DNA from: Macrostomum lignano
Taxonomy: Eukaryota
Direction of reading: 5' to 3'
Assembly (NCBI GenBank): GCA_002269645.1
Contig: NIVC01001694.1
Span: 89,840 to 153,839 of the forward strand
Length of the DNA: 64,000 nucleotides
In this document: positions 13,120 through 25,695 of the stretch, one piece after another
How the letters are laid out: each line of letters opens with the position of its first letter
How positions within the stretch are numbered: the stretch's first letter is position 1
The notes under the pieces: model-generated
What the model was told of the DNA's origin: nothing
The model's input: only the letters and a program-made list of their open reading frames with translations
The model's database searches: none
Position numbers and translations under genes: made by a program

Positions 13120-14280
13120 TTTGGAGATCATAAAACCCTCAGATCCGAACACCAGCTGCCTGCCCAAGCACAAGAAAGGAACCGACATATAAAAGCAAGT
13201 TTATGCAGTTATGAAATATTAAAAGTAAGTAGATGCCAGAATTAGGTGCTGAGCTCCTAGCTAAATTAAGAACTGAATAAACTATTTATCAGACGAAATT
13301 GAAATTAATTTTCTAAGTTTATCTCACTTGATTGTCTAAATCCTGCACAAATTAAAAAAAAGAAAGCGTAAGACTGAAGTTTTTGTGAAAAGCGACAAAT
13401 CAATTCCAGTAATTGGGCATATTTATATTTTTCATTGATTAGCAGGAGGCCACGTGACTTCTTTCACCTACTTATTTTTGCCTTGTAGTAGATAGTTTGC
13501 TAATTAATCAAATCAATTAGATTAATTTCTGTACTTAAAAAAGTCACGCGCCATGACGCGTGTGTAGTTGAAAATAGTTTTTTTGTTATATTGAGTGGGC
13601 GTTTTCAAATCTATTTTAGTGACAAAGCATGCACCGAGCCTACGACTATGAAGTGAATGTATAGGCTTGCAAATAAACAATTCAAACTCAATAAGGTTTT
13701 GTTTTATTACATGAATATTTAGAACTGAAACTAAGCTTTACGAAGACTTGCAGTTGGGCAGTGTACTATTAACTATAACAGTGCATAGTTAAAGTACATA
13801 TTCGTGTTAATCACAAGCGAAATAAAGGTTGGTTAGTAAAGAGCACAGCTAAACTCAAATAGTCGCATGACATTTCAACTGCGTTGGATAAATAAGCTGA
13901 TTAAATAATAGTAACAATTAGTAAAAAAAACAGCAGCGGATGATGCAACAGTTAGTACAATTTTGCCCGATATGTATCGAAAAAAACGGTTTTAGCAAAA
14001 AACGAACGAAATTCAACACCGCGTAGACATCAGATACGATACTAGTGGCGGTTAGTTATAAATTAATAACTTGATCCGTGGGAAATTCGCGGTTATACCG
14101 CGTAAAGTGCACGGAATTTCCGCGGCAATACCACGATAATTCCATGGAATTTCCGCGGGAAATCCATCTTACTTTGTTATTTCAGCAGGTTAAAATATTA
14201 GGAAGCTGTACTAAGATAGGCACATTTAGTTTTAGCTGTTTGTTTGGACTTCTAATCGACTGCACCGATTGAATGCATAA

Positions 14281-14700
14281 TCAATTGTAGCCTTCTTCCT
14301 TCTTGCCGTGCTTGATCATCTTCGTAAACTCGGAGTAATTAAACCGGCCGTCCTGCACCGGAGCTCCGTGCAGGAGCTCGTCAACCTGCTCATCAGTCCA
14401 GCGATCGCCCATAGTGGTGAGAATCTCGCGCAGCCGCTCCTCGGAGATCTGCCCGGAGCCTTCAGGATCGAAGCAGCCAAAGGCGTTCTTGATTGTCTCC
14501 TCCGGGTCGCTGCCGGACATTTTCTCGCCGAACAGAGTGAGAAACATGGTGAAGTTAATGGGGCCGGGGGCCTCGCTCACCATCTCTTCGGCGTATTGCT
14601 GCAGACCGACTTCGTTTTTGCCGAGTGAGACCAGAATCTCTGACAGATCCTCGGCGTCGATGAAGCCATCCTTGTTGATGTCGATCATGTTGAAGGCTTC
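14281..14700 (-). CDS. Myosin regulatory light chain exon 2 (EF-hands)
   Basis: ORF 14281..14688 extends in frame to the AG acceptor at 14702-14701. Confidence 0.95.
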   Translation of the reverse strand, partial: EAFNMIDINKDGFIDAEDLSEILVSLGKNEVGLQQYAEEMVSEAPGPINFTMFLTLFGEKMSGSDPEETIKNAFGCFDPEGSGQISEERLREILTTMGDRWTDEQVDELLHGAPVQDGRFNYSEFTKMIKHGKKEEGYN

Positions 14701-17700
14701 CTGGATTAATGAGGATCAGTGCAGGGCTAATTTAGCGCCTCAATGAATAATCCAGTTCATCAAAAGATAATTTTGCCGCAACAAAAGCTAATTTGGGATC
14801 TGAGAAGCTAATTTGGCATCTGAGAAGCTAACTTGGCATCTGAGAAGCTAATTTGGCATTTGAGAAGCTAATTTGGCATCTGAGAAGCTAATTTGGCATC
14901 TGAGAAGCTAATTTGGCATCTGAGAAGCTAATTTGGCATCTGAGAAGCTAACTTGGCATCTGAGAAGCTAATTTTGAATCTGAGAAGCTAATTTGGCATC
15001 TGAGAAGCTAATTTGGCATCTGAGAAGCTAACTTGGCATCTGAGAAGCTAATTTGGCATTTGAGAAGCTAATTTGGCATCTGAGAAGCTAATTTGGCATT
15101 TGAGAAGCTAATTCGGCATCTGAAAAGCTAATTTGGCATCTGAGAAGCTATTTCGGCATATTGGTACTTGAGAACCTAGTCTAGCATTTGAGAAGCTAAT
15201 TTGGCATCTCAGAAGCTAATTAGGCCGCTACAAACGACAGAATTTCTTTAAAAAAGAAGCCTATCAAAACATCAAGAAAATCACGGAATGCAAGTCAAGA
15301 ACACATAGCCGGACTACTATTAGTAAGTAAATAGCAAATTTAGACTAAATTGGTATTATTGAACTATTTGGCAAATAACCACTATTAGCATACCAGCTTC
15401 AAGTCCCGCAAGACATGGAATGAAAAACTCAAGGAAAAAACATTGGCGCTATGTTTAGCAAAACACACAAGTGACTTGTTAACTACTAAGCCGCATGTTA
15501 CAGACTAAGCTAATTACAAAAGCATTTCCCTGTTAACTGGTTTGTTGGTTTGTTACAACGGCTGAATTTCTGCTTTTGCACAGAAAACTGCAAGTCAACT
15601 TGCGAAGAAATTTCTTGGCAAGAGAAATAAAGAAGTAAGACGCAGATACAGATGCAGATGCAGCAGCGATTCACAGAATATTGAAGTTTTGAACAGCGCA
15701 CCATGGGTAAAACTGCTTTAGTGGCCAATTTTAATGGGGCGATTGAGGTACGCTACACGGAGCAAGGAGATACGAGTATATTCGGAGTCCGAGAAGAAAA
15801 ATGAGGAAAGGAAAGGAGAGGAGAGGGAAACTAGAGAAGAAAGGAGAGAAAAAAGAAAAGAAGACGAGAGAAGCGAGGAAACGAGAGAAGACGGAAGGAG
15901 AGGAGAGAGATGAGAAAAGAGATGGGATGAGATAGGAGATGAGAGGAGAGAGGAGACGAGACAAGAGAGGAGACAAGAGAGATCAGAGGAGAGTAGAGGA
16001 GAGTAGAGGAGAGTAGAGGAGAGGAGAATAAAGTAGAGGAGAGGAGATCAGAGGAGAGGAGAGGAGAGTAGAGAAGAGTAGAGGAGAGTAGAGGAGAGTA
16101 GAGTAGAGTAGAGGAGAGGAGAGTAGAGGAGAGTAGAGGAGAGTAGAGGAGAGGAGAGGAGAGGAGATCAGAGGAGAGGAGAGAAGAAGAGAGTAGAGTA
16201 GAGTAGAGTAGAGGAGAGGAGATCAGAGGAGAGGAGAGTAGAGTAAAGTAGAGGAGAGGAGATCAGAGGAGAGGAGATCAGAGGAGAGGAGAGTAGAGTA
16301 GAGTAGAGGAGAGGAGAGTAGAGGAGAGGAGAGTAGAGGAGAGGAGAGTAGAGGAGAGGAGAGGAGGAGAGTAGAGGTGAGGAGAGTAGAGGAGAGTAGA
16401 GTAAAGTAGAGGAGAGGAGATCAGAGGAGAGGAGAGTAGAGGAGAGGAGAGTAGAGGAGAGTAGAGTAAAGTAGAGGAGAGGAGATCAGAGGAGAGGAGA
16501 GTAGAGGAGAGGAGAGGAGAGGAGAGGAGAGGAGAGGAGAGTAGAGAAGAGTAGAGGAGAGTAGAGGAGAGTAGAGTAGAGTAGAGGAGAGGAGAGTAGA
16601 GGAGAGTAGAGGAGAGTAGAGGAGAGGAGAGGAGAGGAGATCAGAGGAGAGGAGAGAAGAAGAGAGTAGAGTAGAGTAGAGTAGAGGAGAGGAGATCAGA
16701 GGAGAGGAGAGGAGAGTAGAGTAAAGTAGAGGAGAGGAGATCAGAGGAGAGGAGATCAGAGGAGAGGAGAGTAGAGTAGAGGAGAGTAGAGTAGAGTAGA
16801 GGAGAGGAGAGTAGAGGAGAGGAGAGTAGAGGAGAGGAGAGGAGGAGAGTAGAGGAGAGGAGAGTAGAGGAGAGTAGAGTAAAGTAGAGGAGAGGAGATC
16901 AGAGGAGAGGAGAGTAGAGGAGAGGAGAGGAGAGGAGAGGAGAGTAGAGGAGAGTAGAGGAGAGGAAAGGAGAGGAGAGTAGAGTAAAGTAGAGGAGAGG
17001 AGATCAGAGGAGAGGAGAGTAGAGTAGAGGAGAGGAGAGGAGAGGAGAGTAGAGGAGAGGAGACGAGAGAGGAGACGGGACGAGAGAGGAGAGGAGACAA
17101 GTGGGATAGGAAAGACTGATACCAGAGGAGAGGAGAGAGTGACACATGGAGAGAAGACGAGAGAAGAGATGAGACGGGGAGAGAAGACGAGAGATAAGAC
17201 GAGAGAGGAGAGGATAGAACTATCTAATCCAACGTCAGACACATCGACATCGCTAGCAAATGGATAATTTTACACTACACCGACATTTGGCCAACGTAGA
17301 GAGACGAGAGGGGTAGAGAAGAGCTGGCAGAGATGAGCCAGAGAACAGGGGGCGGGGGCAGGGCACCGAGGCCAGTGTCGCGGAAACAGCCAGAGAACAG
17401 GGGGCGGGGGCAGGGCACCGAGGCCAGTGTCGCGGCAACAGCCAGAGAACAGGGGGCGGGGGCAGGGCACCGAGGCCAGTGTCGCGGCAACAGCCAGAGA
17501 ACAGGGGGCGGGGGCAGGGCACCGAGGCCAGTGTCGCGGCAACAGCCAGAGAACAGGGGGCGGGGGCAGGGCACCGAGGCCAGTGTCGCGGCAACAGCCA
17601 GAGAACAGGGGGCGGGGGCAGGGCCAGTGTCGCGGCAACAGCCAGAGAACAGGGGGCGGGGGCAGGGCCAGTGTCGCGGCAACAGCCAGAGAAGTTCTCT

Positions 17701-18766
17701 ACGAATTCCGTCCAGCGGGCAGCATTGATGCGCAGCGCAAACTGAGAGAAGTCCAGAAGCGTCATGCAACAGTCAAACACACCAACTAGTCTAGCAGGAC
17801 GAAAGGCGTAGAGAACTTCTCCTTCGTTTAAAGCTGATTCAAAGTATGCCTGTCAGTCTGTCAGTGTTTCGGAGAATGGGCAGCCGCTCAGGAGTCGCGG
17901 ACCCCTCCCAGCTTATATAGACAGTTTTCTGGCGTGCAGATTCTCTTATACTGGATATTAAATTGCAATATTGGTGGTAGGCCACATCGTTAATCCTGCC
18001 AATAAAGGATTTCAGTTAGGCGCCAGCAAGGATTAGGGGGGACGCAAGCGGAGACGGGTCCAATAATCCCACGGCTATTAACTGGGCTCACGAACTCATC
18101 AAGACGCAAAAAAAAACAAAAAAATTGAAAAACTTATTTAAGATTTTTCAAGATTTTAATTACACTTAGGTATAAGCATGGGCGGGATTATTTTATTTTC
18201 TCATTTTCTTCCTTTAATGTGCCAACTGCAAAAATCCCATTTAGTCTGTCTGCGACATGACGTCATGCCTCTCTCTGACCTTTCGGACGGCGTGCCTTCC
18301 TTCTGTCAGACTTCTTAGCTTTCACAGTAGGCGTCCTTGTTGTCCGCTGACAAATTTAGATCCCCCCAAACCTCTTCGTTGTCTTCCATTTTTTAAAAAC
18401 CCGATGAAAACGATACCTAGACAAAGAAACGTCCTCAAAACGTTGTAAAATCACTGAGTTGCGTCTAAAGCGCATCTGCGTCACTTTTTAATTAGAATCG
18501 CATTTTGCATTTACAGCAACTCTTTTTAGTGAGTTATTTCTGAATGACTCTAGCGATTCTTGTCACGGTAACGTTTTTAACAGCCTTCTATTCCCTTTGA
18601 TCGCTCCTTGTGTCTAATCTCACAAGAACACATGCGCGCAAACAGATGAAACAAAACTGACCTTGAACTCCTGAACCGACTGCTCGGAGAACATGCTGAA
18701 TACATTGCTGGTGTAGCGCTGGGTGCGCTGCCTCGGTCCGCGACGCTTGGCTGCAGCTTTGGACAT
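14281..18766 (-). CDS. sqh: Myosin II regulatory light chain (non-muscle/smooth type, sqh/MYL9/MYL12-like), join(18662..18766,14281..14700), 174 aa
   Basis: Exon 1 hand-translated: [35 protein letters not shown], then a GTCAGT donor. Acceptor TCCAG then [19 protein letters not shown] (canonical EF-hand) through [11 protein letters not shown]. Phase-0 intron after QEFK. Confidence 0.95.
14785..15222. repeat. 20-bp minisatellite (TCTGAGAAGCTAATTTGGCA)n in the MRLC intron
   Basis: About 20 copies. Confidence 0.95.
15790..17215. repeat. Purine-rich pentamer array (GAGAG/GAGTA/GATCA variants) in the MRLC intron
   Basis: Direct reading; explains the LLSSPLL pseudo-ORFs. Confidence 0.95.
17337..17690. 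repeat. 52-bp GC-rich minisatellite (CAGCCAGAGAACAGGGGGCGGGGGCAGGGCACCGAGGCCAGTGTCGCGGCAA)n
   Basis: About 7 copies; the last two lack an 8-bp segment. Confidence 0.95.
18662..18766 (-). CDS. Myosin regulatory light chain exon 1 (35 codons; not in the ORF track)
   Basis: ATG at 18766; RxTSNVF phosphorylation motif; GT donor at 18661-18660. Confidence 0.93.
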
Positions 18767-18981
18767 TTTTGCTTTAACTTTTATTTAAATTGTATTACAA
18801 CTGACAAAAATTTAGCCTTTGCAAGCTGCTTTTAGATAAGCTGAAATTGTTATATGTAATGTGCTTTTTACTGCTCTTCATTGTTTGTTATATTTTTCAG
18901 TACCGAGTTTACCTAATTGTTTTTGTAACAATTAATTCCATATTGTAAAAATCAATATTTGCAGGAAGGCCGTGAACATTT

Positions 18982-19112
18982 AACTCTGCATTGCTTCAGT
19001 TTGCCTTGTGCGATGGGAACCAGCATTAGCTGGGGTTAATTGAGGGTGTGTGTGACGACTCCCCAGTCCTTAGACTGAACAGCCATATACAGCCTTCAGA
19101 TGCGCATCGCAT
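18982..19112 (+). mobile_element. 5'-truncated SINE copy (family A)
   Basis: Matches the reverse complement of 48850-48990: AACTCTGCATTGCTT...ATTAGCTGGGGT(T)AATTGAGGG...CCCCAGTCCTT(A/G)GACTGAACAGCC...CAGCCTTCAGATGCGC. Confidence 0.75.
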
Positions 19113-19463
19113 GCACCATGCAAAATCTGCCACTGAGCTGCTGGTTGCACATAACGGTGTTTCATACACACAAATTAGTTAATTAGTAAACTAATAGTAT
19201 AAAATTAAGTCTAAGATATGCAAACTTACTAACCATTTGCCTTAAGAATTTTTATTAAAATATAGACATTTATAACCAATATATATTGGTATTATTTTCT
19301 ATAAAAGTTGTCTTCTAAATTATTAAACAAGAAATGCTTTATAAAATTGGTTTAACAATGCAATATAAGAATCTAATGATAGGTATTACTACATTGTTGT
19401 TTATATATGCTTTGTAAACTGTTGATTGCCCTTCAACTTGTGCTTTATTAATGGTATTGCTTA

Positions 19464-20370
19464 CGAGGTGTTTTCAAAAACAAATGTCAGTGGCTGGATA
19501 TCTCTGCTCAGGCAAATGTGGCAAACCTGATTTTTTAGCATGTTTTACATTGCCATATTGTGACTTATCAGCTGAAAATTTAAGTCAATCCTTTGCATTA
19601 TTTTAGCGCTAGCAGTAGTTGAAGCAAACTAATTGTTCCAAGGCGTTCTGCTACTGCCATGACCCAAGCTCACACTTTTGTTTGTGACAAGGTGGGGTAT
19701 AGCATCCTAGAGATCAAAGATGCCTGAGCCATGGCCCACCCAGACAAGCAGCTGTCAGAGGCAAATCTACCACCTCATCCGCCAAGTGATAGATGGCCAG
19801 GACATAGAAGATCAGTGCAGGTTCAATGCAAAGGAAACAAGGCAATCTGCAGAGACCATTGCAGCTGTGCAAGAGGCTGTCAAGTCTGATCGCCACAAAA
19901 CCATGGAGGAATTGGCTGAATACTTTGACCTGTCTATCGGCATAGTCCACACGATCCTGCACGCAGATCTCGGACTGTCCAAGAAGAGCGAGTGCTAGGG
20001 GTCCCTTGGCTACTGTTGCTGGAGCAGAAAGCGTGAGGAGTTTTCTAGAGAGATACTTGATCCATGTACTTCCTCATCCACTGTACTTTCCAGGTTTGGC
20101 TCCTGCATACTTCTGGCTCTTTCGTAAAGCAAAACAAGAGTTATTGGTCATCCAGCTTGCTGACAACTCAGTCAGGAACAAGTTGGAACAGGTTGTGCGA
20201 GGTCTTCCAGCAGAAGCCCTAGCCCTGGCCTTCAGGAAGTGAATAGATCCCTGCAAAAAGTGCATCGAACTTGAAGGAGATTATGTTGAAAAAGTGTGAA
20301 AATAGAATTGTGTACCTGCTCAGAGAGCTGAGATATGAGGTCACTGACATTTGTTTTTGAATACACCTTG
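19464..20370 (+). mobile_element. Internally deleted mariner (Tc1/mariner) transposon relic
   Basis: 29-bp TIRs CGAGGTGTTTTCAAAAACAAATGTCAGTG (2 mismatches) flanked by TA on both sides. Transposase remnants: HTH-like DRHKTMEELAEYFDLSIGIVHTILHADLGLSKK, a degenerate YSPDLAPSDFWLF (LYFPGLAPAYFWLF), and C-terminal GDYVEK. Confidence 0.92.
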
Positions 20371-20841
20371 TATCTATTCAATTTGTATGCTTTTACTTTG
20401 GGCTTATTTACTTTGACAGCATTAATTCTTTGTAGTTAGCTAGTAAATTACTGATTATAAAACACTATTAGCCCAATTGAAAATTTTATAAGGCAAAGAC
20501 CAAGAATAAGTTGACTTAACTAATAAGATCAAAAGAATCAAAATTGATAGTAAGATAGACAGCCAACCACTATCTCAGCTACTACCCTATAGCTACCATT
20601 ACTAAACAAAAGGTTAGCAAATAAATAACTTCGTAAGAAAGAATTTTTTAAATATATATATTTTAATATATATTTATATAATACATATATTTAATATTTA
20701 TATATATGGCTTTAACTGGGATGATAATAAATTACACCATCTTTTATAGATAAAGCTTATTAAAAAAGGTGCTATTTACAACAAATGGAAAAGCCAAAGG
20801 TTTTTGCATTCTTAAATTAAATTAAAATTGTAAGTTTCCAT

Positions 20842-21951
20842 ACGAGTATAACTTTGGCCGTCAACTTTTCCATTAACTTTTCCATTAACTTTTCTGTCAA
20901 CTTTTCTGTCAACTTTTCTGTCAAGTATTGTCAAATTTTCTGTCAACAATTTATTGTTCTTAAAAAACATATGTGACTTTCTCAAATAGGATCATCATGC
21001 GAGTAGCTCTTTGATCATTTATTGTGTTTGCATGCTTATATATATCAATGAAAAAACAGGCCTGCGTTAGTAACAATGTGCATCTTTAATTTTTTCCATT
21101 TTCTCTTGTACCAGCGCTTCATTTCACAAAGATAAATCAATAAACAAGTGCAGATGTTGTAGTGCAGGTAGTGCAGCAATACCAATTAAATTCAGGAACA
21201 TGTCGCGCTGGAAATTTGTGTTTTTTATTTAGAATTTATACATGTACATGTGTATACTCTCAACAAATTAAATTTAAAGCATGTATAAAATATTGCTAAG
21301 AAAACTGCACTTATGCAAAAAATTAAACTTTCCATTCAGAGTACACAAAAAATTTGATAAAATATATTTTACGGACTTGTATAAATGTTGATGAAATATT
21401 TAATGGAAAAGTGATAAGGTATTTGACGGAAAAGTTAACGAAATAGTAAACGCAAATGTTGACAGAAGACTTAACGAAAAAAATTATTGGAATACTTGAC
21501 GGGGCCTTTTCATATTGCTTGCTCTGGTTCCAGAACCAGAACTAATTTGTGAAGTATAACTTTTTGTCTCCATAACTAGATGGAGATACGTACTATAAAT
21601 TTTTTATTATTGAATGACAATTGCCAAGAAGAAAGTGAAAAATTGTACTAAGTTAGGTTGTTAAGGCAGTCAAATATTAACAGAGTTTAATAGTTATACT
21701 GCTGTTTTTCTTGGAATTCCAAACCGATTCTGGTTCTGGAATTGGTAATATGAAAAAACCCACAGAATAGTTAACGGAAAAGTTAATGGAATACTTAACA
21801 GAAAAGATAACGGAAAAGTTGACGGAATAGTTGACAGATAAAGTTATTTATCCTACTAACACAAAAAGTTGACGGAATAGTTGATGGAATAGTTAACGGA
21901 AAATTTAATGGAGAAGTTGACGGAAAAATTGACGGCTTAAGTTATACTCGT
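20842..21951. mobile_element. Non-autonomous DNA transposon (1110 bp) with 8-bp TSD and 12-bp subterminal repeats
   Basis: TIR ACGAGTATAACTT (13/13 identical, similarity continues to about 30 bp). TSD GTTTCCAT at 20834-20841 and 21952-21959. Subterminal (GTCAACTTTTCY)n on the left, inverted (GGAAAAGTTGAC)n on the right. No ORF. Confidence 0.85.
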
Positions 21952-24034
21952 GTTTCCATATCAAGGTCATTCTAAAATATAGAGCAAAAAATAATAGGCC
22001 TATGCAAAACTATTTTTTTCATAGCCTACCTTTTAGTTTTAATTTTGTATTAATTAAATAAACTTGCTTTTAACTTGCTAATTGCTTTTGGTTTACTTTT
22101 TAGCATTTGGTTTTACTTTTTAGCACATTAGCTTTGTATTTTTAAGTCAGGAAAAACATGTATAATTTGCTAAATTAACTGGTTTTAATGAAAAATAGCA
22201 AAATATTCTCCTATAGTCCCATGAGTCCCTTAATGCAATTTAAGCATAAGGTTAACTTTAATGTTCCAAATATTTTGGCTAGGTTTGTATACTCCCTGTG
22301 CATTAAGGTCTTAGCCCTCATAGGTGTGAAGTACACAATAACTAAATTTACATATGTATATATTATACAATATATACAATTATATATTATATATAACAAT
22401 ATAGCTATAAAGTAATATCTTGATTATATAATTATAAGATTTATTTTTATCAACAGATTAAATTAGGAATAAGAAAGTTGAAAATGATATATTCTTAACA
22501 ATTGACTAACACAGTAGGCCCCTATATCTCATCTTGGAGACTAGAGTTAACTGACACACAGAAATAACAATAAAAAGAAACAACTAGCCCATATAGGTAG
22601 CATTGCAAATTGTATTGAGTAATTTCTTTTTATAAATTATAAATAAATTCTAACTCAATTTCTATTAATTTTATTTCATTAACAACTTTTAAAATATAAG
22701 CCTGGTTTTAAAAATCCTAGCAGCTACAAAATACATTCTTTACACCTTCAATTCATTAATTCACTCAAGGCATAATGACAAAGCTTATTTCTTGAAACTT
22801 GGAAGCATAATCCATATAATACCATTTATTATCTAAGTCTAAGAAGGCCCTCTTCTATTCTGGGCTGGCCAATGGTCCAATTCATAAAAAAACTAATGAC
22901 AATGAGCTAAATATTACTGCGTAACTTTATTAGTCCATATTGCTACAGCTATATCTTAATTTTTTAGAAAAGCAACGAACAACTTGGTCTCCCACAGCTC
23001 AATTAATTGATATATTGAACTATTGTAAGTTTAATTTATCACAGGAAACCTACCTCATTTTGAAAAAAAGTATTAAATTTCTCATGCACGTTAAAACAAA
23101 TCAAATACACTTATTAATTAAGCTTGCAGTTTTATGGTAAAGCTTAAATCAATTTTTCTTATTTTTTTCTATAACATTAAATTTAATAACTAACTAACTA
23201 GTGTTAACTATATTTATTACAAGTGCAGTGCACCAAAGTCATAAATAAAATTTTAAGAAAAAGTCTGCAGATTACTTCAAAAATACATGTGGCTCTTTCC
23301 GTGAACACGTACAGTATCCACGCATGAGCTTGTACACATGTACATGCGCGTACAGGAGTCGATCGGAGGAATGGAAAGAATTGCCTCATAGGGCAGAGTT
23401 ACAGGGCGATGTCACTGAAAGCGTTGTTTCAAAAGTGCCCATGTCACTACTAGTCCTCCTGCCAAATATTGATCTATCGAGATGCAAATACGTACATGTA
23501 CAGTATGCCTTCTTTTTTAAATATGGCAATGTACAAGCCGCGTAAAAGTTCCCCAAAACTAAATGCACAATTTACGTCTTTTCTAAACACCAACGATTTT
23601 TTTATTGAATTCTACTATTCTGATTCTAGCATGCAGATAAACAAATGAAATAAATTTAAAAGTTCCGGGTTTGCAATCAACTCTGGAGACTGCTATAAAA
23701 TGCAGCTATTTTTTTGCTAAAGTCTCTTTCGGGATTTGTCACTTTTAGAGGGGCTCGGAATGAATTTCCCGGCGCGAATGCGAGGCAAATTTTCCCTCTT
23801 AACGAGCATTCGACCACGGCTGTCCTGTAAACCGCGAAGGGATTAGAGAGTAGGGTAAACCGATTTACACTGCCACAAAAACAGGGCGCACAGCTTCAGC
23901 TAGGAATTGCGAATATTATTACTATGTGGCCATATTTTCTTTATGAAAATTCTACGCAAAAAAACTCCTTTGATAATCAATGAAGATGGGCATCCAGTAT
24001 AATGCTACTCTTGATTCCAACTGCTGTAAAAATG

Positions 24035-25695
24035 CACCAAGAGACAGGGGCGCCCATCAAGAGACAGGGGCGCCCACCAAGAGACAGGGGCGCCCACCAA
24101 GACACAGGGGCGCCCACCAAGAGACAGGGGCGCCCACCAAGAGACAGGGGCGCCCACCAAGAGACAGGGGCGCCCATCAAGAGACAGGGGCGCCCACCAA
24201 GAGACAGGGGCGTCCACCAAGAAACAGGGGCGCCCACCAAGAGACAGGGGCGCCCACCAAGACACAGGGGCGCCCACCAAGACACAGGGGCGCCCACCAA
24301 GAGACAGGGGCGCCCATCAAGAGACAGGGGCGCCCACCAAGAGACAGGGGCACCCACCAAGAGACAGGGGCACCCACCAAGAGACAGGGGCACCTACCAA
24401 GAGACAGGGGCACCCACCAAGAGACAGGGGCACCCACCAAGAGACAAGGACACCCACCAAGAGACAAGGGCACCCACCAAGAGACAAGGGCACCCACCAA
24501 GAGACAGGGGCACCCACCAAGAGACAGGGGCTACCCACCAAGACACAGGGGCGCCCACCAAGACACAGGGGTGTCCACCAAGACACAGGGGCGCCCACCA
24601 AGACACAGGGGCGCCCACCAAGAGACAGGGGCACCCACCCAGAGACAGGGGCGCCCACCAAGACACAGGGGCACCCACCAAGACACAGGGGCACCCACTA
24701 AGAGACAGGGGCACCCACCAAGAGACAGGGGCACCCACCAAGAGACAAGGGCACCCACCAAGAGACAAGGGCACCCACCAAGAGACAGGGGCACCCACCA
24801 AGAGACAAGGGCACCCACCAAGAGACAGGGGTGCCCACCAAGAGACAGGGGCTACCCACCAAGACACAGGAGCGCCCACCAAGACACAGGGGTGTCCACC
24901 AAGACACAGGGGCGCCCACCAAGACACAGGAGCGCCCACCAAGACACAGGGGTGTCCACCAAGACACAGGGGCGCCCACCAAGACACAGGGGCGCCCACC
25001 AAGAGACAGGGGCGTCCACCAAGAGACAGGGGCACGCACCAAGAGACAGGGGCACCCACCAAGAGATAGGGGCGTCCACCAAGAAACAGGGGCGCCCACC
25101 AAGAGACAGGGGCACCCATCAAGAGACAGGGGCACCCACCAAGAGACAGGGGCACCCATCAAGAGACAGGGGCACCCATCAAGAGACAGGGGCACCCATC
25201 AAGAGACAGGGGCACCCACCAAGAGACAGGGGCACCCACCAAGAGACAGGGGCACCCATCAAGAGACAGGGGCACTCATCAAGAGACAGGGGGCACCCAT
25301 CAAGAGACAGGGGCACCCATCAAGAGACAGGGGCACCCATCAAGAGACAGGGGGCACCCACCAAGAGACAGGGGCACCCATCAAGAGACAGGGGCACCCA
25401 TCAAGAGACAGGGGGCACCCACCAAGAGACAGGGGCACCCATCAAGAGACAGGGGGCACCCACCAAGAGACAGGGGCACCCATCAAGAGACAGGGGGCAC
25501 CCATCAAGAGACAGGGGCACCCATCAAGAGACAGGGGCACCCATCAAGAGACAGGGGCACCCATCAAGAGACAGGGGCGTCCACCAAGAGACAGGGGCAC
25601 GCACCAAGAGACAGGGGCACCCACCAAGAGACAGGGGCACCCACCAAGAGACAGGGGCACCCACCAAGAGACAGGGGCACCCATTAAGAGACACC
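24035..25695. repeat. 20-bp minisatellite (CACCAAGAGACAGGGGCRCC)n
   Basis: About 83 copies. The unit is stop-free, which explains the 576-aa ORF. Confidence 0.96.

Noticed and set aside
11320-13188. 622-aa ORF on the minus strand of the satellite
   Set aside because: It is a translation of stop-poor 16-bp monomers with no unique domain; the rest of the same array is interrupted by stops and frame changes.
14090-14165. Short repeated GGAATTTCCGCGG motifs downstream of the MRLC stop
   Set aside because: Only two to three imperfect copies; not enough to call a structured RNA or regulatory element.
17740-17821. Hammerhead-like CTGA..GTCC/GGACGAAA
   Set aside because: Two extra core nucleotides and no NUH triplet opposite stem III; kept only as an inverted-repeat observation.
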